A stretch of 64,000 nt of DNA from an uncultured Kiritimatiellota bacterium (GTDB lineage: Bacteria > Verrucomicrobiota > Kiritimatiellia > RFP12 > UBA1067), in the NCBI GenBank assembly GCA_934635045.1, contig CAKTZA010000001.1, positions 18,640-82,639 on the forward strand, written 5' to 3'. The position numbers and the translations under genes were made by a program. Below are positions 10,084-17,906 of this stretch, piece after piece (within the stretch, counting starts at the first letter, position 1; each line of letters opens with the position of its first letter). The notes under the pieces are model-generated. The model was not told the origin of the DNA. It saw only the letters and a program-made list of their open reading frames with translations, and did not search any database.

Positions 10084-10480
10084 TCAGGGCCGTGCGTCAA
10101 GTGCGATCGACCAGTCACCCGTCGCGCAGTTGAAGAAGCAGCGGTAGGTCGTGCCGTCCGGCGCGCGGCGGAGAAAGAGGAGCTCGTCGTCCGGATCGTC
10201 CGGCTCCAGCCAGACGATTTCGCCCTGCGCGCCGAATGCGGGCTCGCGCTTCAGGGCCGTCAGGCGGCGAATCGTCGCCACGCGGCCCGGTTCGGGCGGG
10301 TTCGCCCAGTCGATCGGCGTCGGCCCGAAGATCGAGTAGCGCCCCTGCCAGCCGATCTCCTGTCCCATCCAGAGCATCGGCACGCCGTCCAGCGCAAACG
10401 AGAGCGCAAGCCCGCACGCGGCACGCTTCGGCCCCCACGCCCGCTCCTTGACATTGCCTGCCCCTGGGGGCGGAATCTCC
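10084..10480 (-). pseudogene. Orphan 3' fragment of a GH13 alpha-amylase-type gene (C-terminal ~125 aa only); paralogous to 27855-28250
   Basis: Translation 'LSFALDGVPMLWMGQEIGWQGRYSIFGPTPIDW...LKREPAFGAQGEIVWLEPDDPDDELLFLRRAPDGTTYRCFFNCATGDWSIALD' matches the C-terminus of the 27855..31463 gene. Long identical DNA runs are shared (e.g. ccagtcgatcggcgtcggcccgaagatcgagtagcgcc). No catalytic part and no credible start are present. Confidence 0.7.
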
Positions 10481-10514
10481 GGCTGAAGCCCGCCTTGCAA
10501 GCCCAATCCGAAAC

Positions 10515-10523
10515 TGCTATACT
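10515..10523 (+). promoter_or_regulatory. Extended -10 promoter element (AraC regulator / locus A)
   Basis: The + strand reads TGCTATACT, 38 nt before ATG 10562 and 152 nt before ATG 10676. Confidence 0.45.
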
Positions 10524-10646
10524 GTCACCGTCAAGCAAGAAGGCATCGTCAGCACAGGGCTATGCAACGGGTGTTGCACTGGCTATTGGCTGGCGGGTAC
10601 TTTTTGCCGTGCGGTCGCGGCGCGAAAAGCCTCGTGTCCGCCTTCG

Positions 10647-10676
10647 GGAAACAGGTGACAAGGAAACAGGTGACAA
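10647..10676 (+). repeat. Perfect 15-bp tandem duplication GGAAACAGGTGACAA x2
   Basis: Copies at 10647-10661 and 10662-10676. The second copy ends in the A of ATG 10676. Confidence 0.9.
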
Positions 10677-11665
10677 TGAGAGCAGCGGAGACGAAACCGC
10701 CCGTCCTGCCGGAAGCGGACGGCCCTCTTCGGGGAAAGCGTTCGCGCAGGCGACTGCGCGACGTCCCCTGCACGATGTGCGAACTGGTCGATCGGCCCGG
10801 TCGCCGGGTCGTCGACCTGTCGCCCTTCGGCTTCCCTGAGATTCCCGTCGTGGGGGAGACGTATGCGCCGCGGACGACGCACGGGTCGATCTTCCACCGC
10901 CATGCGGGCTGCATCGAGATCACCCTGTGCGTGAAGGGAAGCGCGAAGTTCGACTGCATCGACCGCGTGTGCTCGCTTCTGCCCGGGCAGGTCTTCGCCT
11001 CCCAGCCGGACGAGGTCCACCGCCTGCGGATGAACCAGAAGGGCATTTCCCTCTTCTGGCTGTTCTTCCGCGTGCCGGCCGGGCGCGGGCCGCATTCCGT
11101 CCTCGGGCTTCCGTCCGACGAGACGGCGCATCTCCTGGCGCGCCTGCGCACGCTTCCGCGGCGGAGCTTCGCCGTCGGCGACGAGGCGAAGGAGGCCTTT
11201 GCGGCGCTTTTCCGCGCCTATGACCTGCCGGAGCGGCCGGCGGGGGCGAAGTCGCTGGCCATCCGGATCGCCGTCCTCCGGCTTCTTGCGGCCATCCTGC
11301 TCGCCGAACGGGGCGCGCGCGCCGCCGACCCGTCGGCGGATGCGCCCTTTGTCCGCCTGATCCGCGAGATGCGCCACCATCCGGAGGACCCGTTCGACGT
11401 CGACCGTCTCATCCGGGAGACGGGATTCTCCCCCAACACCATACTTTCGCGCTTCCGCCGGCTGACGGGACTGGCGCCCGGCGCGTTTCTCACGCGCTGC
11501 CGCATCAGCCGGTCCAAGGAGCTGCTGGCGAAGTCGGGGCAGTCCATAACCGAAATCGCGTGCCAGCTGGGCTTTGCGTCGTCGCAGCACTTCGCGACGC
11601 GCTTCCGCCAGGAGACGGGGCAGTCTCCGAGCGAGTGGCGCGATGTACAGAAAAACGCAAAGTAG
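10676..11665 (+). CDS. AraC-family transcriptional regulator (cupin sensor + HTH_18)
   Basis: C-terminal double HTH 'FSPNTILSRFRRLTGLAPGAFLTRCRISRSKELL...SITEIACQLGFASSQHFATRFRQETGQSPSEWR'. Cupin-like 'HRHAGCIEITLCVKG'. The start is ambiguous: ATG 10676 (AGGAAACAGG upstream) or ATG 10562. Confidence 0.85.
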   Translation: MRAAETKPPVLPEADGPLRGKRSRRRLRDVPCTMCELVDRPGRRVVDLSPFGFPEIPVVGETYAPRTTHGSIFHRHAGCIEITLCVKGSAKFDCIDRVCSLLPGQVFASQPDEVHRLRMNQKGISLFWLFFRVPAGRGPHSVLGLPSDETAHLLARLRTLPRRSFAVGDEAKEAFAALFRAYDLPERPAGAKSLAIRIAVLRLLAAILLAERGARAADPSADAPFVRLIREMRHHPEDPFDVDRLIRETGFSPNTILSRFRRLTGLAPGAFLTRCRISRSKELLAKSGQSITEIACQLGFASSQHFATRFRQETGQSPSEWRDVQKNAK

Positions 11666-11694
11666 CCACGCGAACGCCTCGTGCGCGGACGATA

Positions 11695-11703
11695 TGCTAT
11701 TCT
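11695..11703 (+). promoter_or_regulatory. Extended -10 promoter element
   Basis: The + strand reads TGCTATTCT, 8 nt before ATG 11712 (symporter). Confidence 0.4.
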
Positions 11704-11711
11704 TCTCTCCG

Positions 11712-13520
11712 ATGAGAAGATATGCACTTTTCCTGCTTGCCGCGTTCCTCGCGCCCGCCCTGCCGGCCGGGGTCGCGCAGGACGGTCCGTTCGGGACGCG
11801 GTACGACTACGCGTTCGGCGCAGACGGCTGCTTCCGCACGGCGCACGGCACGTCGGCGCGGGAGCCGGTCGCCCCCGTGCCGGAGAGGTGGTGCGGCTAC
11901 TTCTCCGGCGGCTTCGGCGTCGTCCCCTCGGGGCTTCAGCATCTCGTCGTGACGAACGGGGGAATCCGGGCGGGGGCGCTCGTCTATCACACCGTCACCG
12001 ACCGCTGGTTCGAGACGAATCCGGCCCGGCTGGGCGTCCGTCCGCCCTATTCGTGGATCAACTACGCGGTCATCGGGCTCTACCTTCTCGGCATGGCGGC
12101 GATGGGGTTCTGGTTCATGCGGCGGAACCGTTCGTCGGACGACTACTTCCGGGCGGGGGGAAGGCTGCCGTGGTGGGTCGTGAGCCTGTCCATCTATGCG
12201 ACGATGTTCTCCTCGATCACCTTTCTTTCGATTCCGGCGATGAGCTTTCTCGGGGACTGCCGTTATTTCGTGCTCGCTTTCGGGATATTCCTTCTGGCCC
12301 CCGTCGTGGTGAAGTGGTATCTGCCGTTCTTCCGCCGGCTGAACCTGACGAGCGCCTACGAGTTCCTGGAAGTTCGCTTCAATCTCGCGGCGCGCCTGTT
12401 CGCGTCCGCCGCGTTCGTGGCCTTCATGGTCGCCCGCACGGCCATCGTCACCTACCTGCCCGCCGTGGCCATCGCGGCGGTGACGGGGCTGGACGTCAAC
12501 CTGTCCATCGTCGCCATTTCGCTCGTCACGATACTCTATTGCACGGTCGGCGGGGTCGAGGCCGTGGTCTGGAGCGATTTCGTGCAGTCCGTCATACTCA
12601 TCGGCTCCACGATCGCCATCCTCGTGTTTCTCGTCGTCGGCACGGACGGCGGGTTGTCCGGTTTCGTGCAAATGGGGGCGGCGGCCGGCAAGTTCCGCGT
12701 GTTCGATTTCGTCCTCGACTGGACGAAGCCCTGCTTCTGGGTCGCGTTCGTCGGCGGAATCGTCGCCAACCTGGCCAGCTACACCTCCGACCAATGCGTC
12801 GTCCAGCGCTACATGACGACACGCGACGAGGCGGGGGCGGCGAAGTCGATTCTGTTCAACGGCGTTCTTTCCGTCGTGAATTGCGCGGTCTTCTTCGTCA
12901 TCGGCGTGGCTCTGTGGACGTTCTTCGCCTCGCATCCCGAGCAGTTGGGGGCCGTTCTGGAGAAGAACGACGCGGTGTTCCCCGTCTTCATCGCGAACAG
13001 CCTGCCGACGGGATTTTCCGGGCTCGTGCTGGCGGCGGTTGCGGCGGCGACGATGAGCACGCTGTCGGCGAATCTCAATTCGGCGGCGAGTGCCGTCACG
13101 GCCGACTTCTACGCGCGGCTTGTGCCGGGGGCGACGGAGCGCGGCAAGTTCCGCTGCGGCGTCATCTCGACGGTCGTCACGGGGCTGTTGGGCGGGGCGT
13201 TCGCGCTCGTCCTCGCAAATGCGCAGATCCTTTCGATTTACGACGAGTTCCAGCGTTTTCTCGGCATTCTCACGGCCGGGCTGGGCAGTTTGTTCTTCAT
13301 GGGCGTATTCATGAAGCGGGTGAACGGCGCGGGTGCGCTGGCGGGGCTTCTGGCGAACTATGCCGTGACGATCGGTCTCGATCGCGTGGCGTTCCCCGGG
13401 AAGCCCCATCTCCTGCTCTACGGTACGCTCGGCATGGTGGTCTCATTGATTGTCGCGCCCATCGTAAGCGCGGCGGTCGGAGCAAAAGGGAAGGGAAAGG
13501 GAGAAAATGTTGGGTCCTGA
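11712..13520 (+). CDS. Sodium:solute symporter (SSS family) with a ~115-aa signal-peptide-bearing N-terminal extension
   Basis: 'DDYFRAGGRLPWWVVSLSIYATMFSSITFLSIPA' is typical SSS, with multiple TM segments. The start is set at ATG 11712 (MRRYALFLLAAFLAPALPAG) because the -10 motif at 11695-11703 covers the earlier ATG. Confidence 0.9.
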   Translation: MRRYALFLLAAFLAPALPAGVAQDGPFGTRYDYAFGADGCFRTAHGTSAREPVAPVPERWCGYFSGGFGVVPSGLQHLVVTNGGIRAGALVYHTVTDRWFETNPARLGVRPPYSWINYAVIGLYLLGMAAMGFWFMRRNRSSDDYFRAGGRLPWWVVSLSIYATMFSSITFLSIPAMSFLGDCRYFVLAFGIFLLAPVVVKWYLPFFRRLNLTSAYEFLEVRFNLAARLFASAAFVAFMVARTAIVTYLPAVAIAAVTGLDVNLSIVAISLVTILYCTVGGVEAVVWSDFVQSVILIGSTIAILVFLVVGTDGGLSGFVQMGAAAGKFRVFDFVLDWTKPCFWVAFVGGIVANLASYTSDQCVVQRYMTTRDEAGAAKSILFNGVLSVVNCAVFFVIGVALWTFFASHPEQLGAVLEKNDAVFPVFIANSLPTGFSGLVLAAVAAATMSTLSANLNSAASAVTADFYARLVPGATERGKFRCGVISTVVTGLLGGAFALVLANAQILSIYDEFQRFLGILTAGLGSLFFMGVFMKRVNGAGALAGLLANYAVTIGLDRVAFPGKPHLLLYGTLGMVVSLIVAPIVSAAVGAKGKGKGENVGS

Positions 13521-14445
13521 ACTGACGGGAAATGAATTCGGGGGCATGGCGGGGGCCTGGGCGGCTCTCTTCACGCCGTATGACGAAAAAGGCCGCGTCA
13601 ACGGCGAAATGATCGCCCGCATCGTGGACTACGGGCTGTCGAACGGCCTGCGCGGATTCTACCTGACGGGCACGACGGGCGAATGGTGGCTTTTGTCGGT
13701 CGAGGAACGGTGCGAGGTCATGAAGGCCGCCGTCGAAGCCAACCGCGGGCGCGGCAAGCTGATTGCCCACGTGGGGGCGAACTGTACGGACGATTCCGTG
13801 CGGCTGGCCCGGTACGCGGCGGAAATCGGCGTCGACTGGATCAGTTCCATCACGCCGCAGCTCTACCGCACGTCCTTCGCGGCGACCTACTACCACTATC
13901 GCACCATCACGGCGGCGACGGACTTGCCGTTCCTCATCTATTCGATGGGTTCGGCGCTCGTTCCCGAACGCGACGTCCGCTTCTTCGACCTGCCGAACGT
14001 GAAGGGAATCAAATACACGGGGCGCGACTATTACGCGGCGCAATGCCTGCACCGGAAACTCGACCGCGAGACGATCTGGTTCGCCGGGTGCGACGAGCAG
14101 CTTCTCTGCGGTCTGGCCCTGGGGAACGTCTTCTCGGGCGGCATCGGCACGACTTACAACATCATCCCGGGGCATTTCGCCCGCATTTGCGCCCTGGCCG
14201 CCCGGAACGATTTCGCGGCGGCGGCGAAGGTGCAGGACGAGGCGAACCGGGTCGTCGAACTGATGATCGAGTCCGACAACTGGAGTTATCGCAAGGCGAT
14301 GATGAAGTTCATCGGGCTTGACTGCGGCTGCTACCGCAAGCCGTTCGAACCCCTGACGGAGGCCCAGTATGCGGACTACGCCCGCCGCTTCGCCGCGCTG
14401 GGCGTCGTGAAGGAAAACGCCGCGCTCCACGCGGCCGCCGTTTGA
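13507..14445 (+). CDS. DHDPS/N-acetylneuraminate-lyase-family class I aldolase
   Basis: 312 aa. 'ALFTPYDEKGRVNGEMIARIVDY...GFYLTGTTGEW', 'PFLIYS', and candidate Schiff-base Lys in 'NVKGIKYTG'. AAGGGAG lies before the ATG. Overlaps the symporter stop by 14 nt. Confidence 0.85.
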   Translation: MLGPELTGNEFGGMAGAWAALFTPYDEKGRVNGEMIARIVDYGLSNGLRGFYLTGTTGEWWLLSVEERCEVMKAAVEANRGRGKLIAHVGANCTDDSVRLARYAAEIGVDWISSITPQLYRTSFAATYYHYRTITAATDLPFLIYSMGSALVPERDVRFFDLPNVKGIKYTGRDYYAAQCLHRKLDRETIWFAGCDEQLLCGLALGNVFSGGIGTTYNIIPGHFARICALAARNDFAAAAKVQDEANRVVELMIESDNWSYRKAMMKFIGLDCGCYRKPFEPLTEAQYADYARRFAALGVVKENAALHAAAV

Positions 14446-14496
14446 AGTCGGGAAACCGGAAACAATTTGAATTTGAGAAACAAAGAGAAAAGAAAG

Positions 14497-17400
14497 ATGC
14501 ATAAATCAACTGTGTGCACCTGTGTGCTGCTGGCCCTGTCCCTGGGCGGAAACGCCGTACGGGGCGAGGATACGAACGCAAAGAAGGAGTCTCCTCTCGA
14601 GGGAGCCGTGTACATCAAGTCGCAGGAGGCGGTCTCGGAAGTGCCCGTGGAGGAAATCGAGTACCATCTCGCGTGGGCCAAGACTCCGTTGCGGGCGGAC
14701 GGCGATCTCGCCAAGTGGCGGAAACTGGGCGTGAAGCCCGTTCGGCTTGCCGGCGGCAAGCACGTGTCGTGGCTTTCGGGGGCCTACCACGGTGACGCGG
14801 ACCTGTCGGCGGATGTCTACCTCGCGCGCGACTTCGACAACCTCTACATCGGCGTTCAGGTCGCGGACGACGAGCCCCCGGCCCCCAACCGCATCGAGGT
14901 CGCCTTCACGCGGGCGGACTGCCGGCCGATCCATGGCTGGCGCGACGTGGGCGAACGCTATCTGGCGGACGACGTGCATTTCGCGTTCGTCGATGACGGC
15001 AAGGGCGGCGTGGGCGTGCATGTCGTACGTTCCCAGAATCGCATGGAATGGGGAACGTTGCAGGCGGCCTGCGGCAGCGAGACGGAACGCCGCGCGATCC
15101 TGGAGCAGGACGGCCCCGTCTCCGCGGCGGATTCCAAGCTGTTCACTTGCCGCAAGGGGTCGTTCACGGAGATTGCGATTCCCTGGAAGACCCTGCTGCC
15201 GATCGACCCGGTGAGAGGGGATGCGTTCCGCATGAACATCTCGGTTTCCGATCGTGACGGGGACGGGGCGGGCGCCGCCGCGAACTACGGCGTCGTCGCC
15301 TGGACGCCCGGTCTGGCCGGGACCTACAGCGGTGGGCACTTCGCGCGCGTCGTCTGCGACCCGCCCGCGGGCGCGACGGCGACAACGGCCTATGCCCAGG
15401 TTCCGAACCACACCTTCCTGCGCAAGGAGGCGGCGTTCGACGTGTCCGTTCATGCGGGCGCGGCGTTCAGGGGCGACCTCGAACTCGTCAATGCGGCGGA
15501 CGGCAAGGCGTTCGCGTCGAAGCCGCTCGAGCTCGGCGCGGGCGCGACCACCAACTTCGTTCTCGCGGTGGATCCCGAAATGATGCCCGAAGGCAAGAAC
15601 GCGTTTGCCGTGCGTTTGGGCGGCGTCAGGACCTTCCCGGTCCACGTGCCCGCCGTCGGCAACCGTGCGCAGGTCTACCACCTTGCGGGCGTTCAGGCGC
15701 GGATTGCCGCGCTTCGGAACGACCTCTCGGCCTACTCCAACCTCTACGCGAAAGTGGTGGCCGCCGAATGCGACACGGTCTATCCCAAGGCCTGGCTGAC
15801 CATGCTGCAGATGTTCATCCCCCAGTGCGAAAGCGACCTGAAGCGCGGCGATCCCGCCCGCGTCCTCCGCAACACCGACTACCTGAAGGGGATCTACGAG
15901 AAGGCGACGGCCTACGCGAAGCGCATCCTGGCCGACCCTTCGGCGCAGATGCTCGTCCCCCAGGACGACCCGTCTGCAATCAAGATCCGGGACGGATTCT
16001 ACCGCGTGGGCGACCGCCCCGTCTTCCTCTGGGGGCCTTGCACGTTCTGGTATCTGCGCGACCAGACGCCTTATGTCGTCGGACTCGGCTTCAATTCGGT
16101 CTGCACCGAACTGGGCGGCGCGGAGTTCGCGCCGGACGACTTCACGTCCCGCCGCGCGAAGGAGGCCTATTCGGTAATGAAAGCCTATCACGACGCGGGC
16201 ATTCGCCTCAACGTCAACCCCGGTGTGCCCGACCTGCAGTTGACGGGCGCGGACGCCAGGCGCTCGAAGTTCCTGGCCGCGAACCCGGACGTCAAGAACA
16301 TGGATCCCAACAACTTCCTCCCGTTCGTCGTCCAGCATCCGGCCGTGCGCGAGGCCATCCGCAACGGGTATGCGAAGAGCATCCCCGGCTGGAGCCGCTA
16401 CAGCCTTTTCGACGGCATCCACTCCCTGTGGCTGTGGAATGAACCGTGGTATCTGAACTATTCCGAACGTACGCGCCGCGACTTCATCAACGAATACCTG
16501 AAGCCCCTGTACGGCGACGACATCGCCAAGCTGAACAAGCGCTGGAAGTCGAACTACGCCGGTTTCGACGACATCAAGCTGATCCAGTGGCCGGATCCGG
16601 CGAACTACGCGCCCTGGAACGATTTCCAGACCTTCCGCGACAACCTTCTTGCGGACTTCTTCAAGAGCCTGCACGACGAGGCGCGCAAGTACCGTCCCGA
16701 CCTCCCGACGCACGTGAAGTTCATGTCAACCTCGCTGTCGAGTTTCGACCTCGAGAAAATGCAGGAGCCGTTCGAGATCGTCGGCCGCGACGGCAACAAC
16801 AGCGACCGCGACACGCTCTATCTCGACTTTTTCCGTTCCGTCTATCCGAAGCGACCGATCGCCGACACGGAAGTGCACATTTGGTACCTGAACGAGGCGG
16901 TCGTCAGCAGCGTCGCCTGGCGCATGGCGCTGCACGGTCTCTCGGACGGGAACTGGTGGTGCTGGCACTCCAACCCGCGCTTCTCGGATTCGATTTCGAA
17001 CGCGCGTTCGATGGACGCCCTCGTCTTCTCGGGTCTCGACATCCGCCGCCTTTATGCGGATTACGTCCACCCGCTCGTCGTCAAGCGCGCCCCCATCGCG
17101 ACCCTTTTCCCCGACGTGTGCGAGCGCCGCACCGACCTCAAGCTGGTGCGGATGCGCTTTGAAATCGCCCCGCCGCAGTATATGCTCGGTCTGCGTCCGT
17201 CCTACGTGTCGGAGCGCATGGCGGCGCGCGGCGACCTGCGGTGGCAGAAGATTCTCTTCGCGGCGGAGTCCATGTGGGTGAAGGACGCGACCTACGCCCG
17301 CGTGCTGGAGTTCGTCAAGAACGGAGGTACGCTCATCGCCCTGAAGAACGGGTTCCGCACGAACGAGGACGGCGACCCCCGCGACACCCGCGAACTGATC

Positions 17401-17892
17401 CAGGAGGGCGGCGAGCCTTACGGGGAGTACGCCCATGTCTACCGCGTCGGGCGCGGACGGGTCATCCGCATCGATGCGCTGGAACTCCTGGACGACCCGG
17501 TGGCGGACGGCGGTGTCGTCCTGCGCGGCGGTCCCGCCCCGGACAATACGGCCCGCCGCCGCATCTACGACAGGGTTCTGAACGAGGTGATGGTGCGCGA
17601 GAAACTCGTGGAGGACGTGCGCATCGTCGCGGCGGACGACGAGAAGGACAACCCCGACGCGCTCAGGGGATACGACTGGCGCGCGGTGAAGCTGAAAGAC
17701 GGCTCGTGGTCGCTCGTCGTCCTGACTCCGGCGGAGGATCTGCACGCCAAGATTCGCGTCAAGCTTGAGACGACCCTCCCGGTCGAGGAGATTGTCGATT
17801 TGCGGGCGAACGAGAAACTGCCGGGCGACAAGTTGAATCTCAAGCCGGGTCCTAACGCCTACCGCATCCGTCTTCAGGGTCAGAAGAAGTGA
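14497..17892 (+). CDS. Giant secreted GH42-like glycoside hydrolase with an N-terminal CBM9-like module
   Basis: Signal peptide MHKSTVCTCVLLALSLGGNAVRG. 'LWLWNEPWYLNYSERTRRDFINEYLKPLYGDDIAKLNKRWKSNY' (GH42-type NEP acid/base region). 'ILFAAESMWVKDATYARVLEFVKNGGTLIAL' (GATase-like module). Confidence 0.8.
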   Translation: MHKSTVCTCVLLALSLGGNAVRGEDTNAKKESPLEGAVYIKSQEAVSEVPVEEIEYHLAWAKTPLRADGDLAKWRKLGVKPVRLAGGKHVSWLSGAYHGDADLSADVYLARDFDNLYIGVQVADDEPPAPNRIEVAFTRADCRPIHGWRDVGERYLADDVHFAFVDDGKGGVGVHVVRSQNRMEWGTLQAACGSETERRAILEQDGPVSAADSKLFTCRKGSFTEIAIPWKTLLPIDPVRGDAFRMNISVSDRDGDGAGAAANYGVVAWTPGLAGTYSGGHFARVVCDPPAGATATTAYAQVPNHTFLRKEAAFDVSVHAGAAFRGDLELVNAADGKAFASKPLELGAGATTNFVLAVDPEMMPEGKNAFAVRLGGVRTFPVHVPAVGNRAQVYHLAGVQARIAALRNDLSAYSNLYAKVVAAECDTVYPKAWLTMLQMFIPQCESDLKRGDPARVLRNTDYLKGIYEKATAYAKRILADPSAQMLVPQDDPSAIKIRDGFYRVGDRPVFLWGPCTFWYLRDQTPYVVGLGFNSVCTELGGAEFAPDDFTSRRAKEAYSVMKAYHDAGIRLNVNPGVPDLQLTGADARRSKFLAANPDVKNMDPNNFLPFVVQHPAVREAIRNGYAKSIPGWSRYSLFDGIHSLWLWNEPWYLNYSERTRRDFINEYLKPLYGDDIAKLNKRWKSNYAGFDDIKLIQWPDPANYAPWNDFQTFRDNLLADFFKSLHDEARKYRPDLPTHVKFMSTSLSSFDLEKMQEPFEIVGRDGNNSDRDTLYLDFFRSVYPKRPIADTEVHIWYLNEAVVSSVAWRMALHGLSDGNWWCWHSNPRFSDSISNARSMDALVFSGLDIRRLYADYVHPLVVKRAPIATLFPDVCERRTDLKLVRMRFEIAPPQYMLGLRPSYVSERMAARGDLRWQKILFAAESMWVKDATYARVLEFVKNGGTLIALKNGFRTNEDGDPRDTRELIQEGGEPYGEYAHVYRVGRGRVIRIDALELLDDPVADGGVVLRGGPAPDNTARRRIYDRVLNEVMVREKLVEDVRIVAADDEKDNPDALRGYDWRAVKLKDGSWSLVVLTPAEDLHAKIRVKLETTLPVEEIVDLRANEKLPGDKLNLKPGPNAYRIRLQGQKK

Positions 17893-17906
17893 ACGGGAGG
17901 CCGCAG

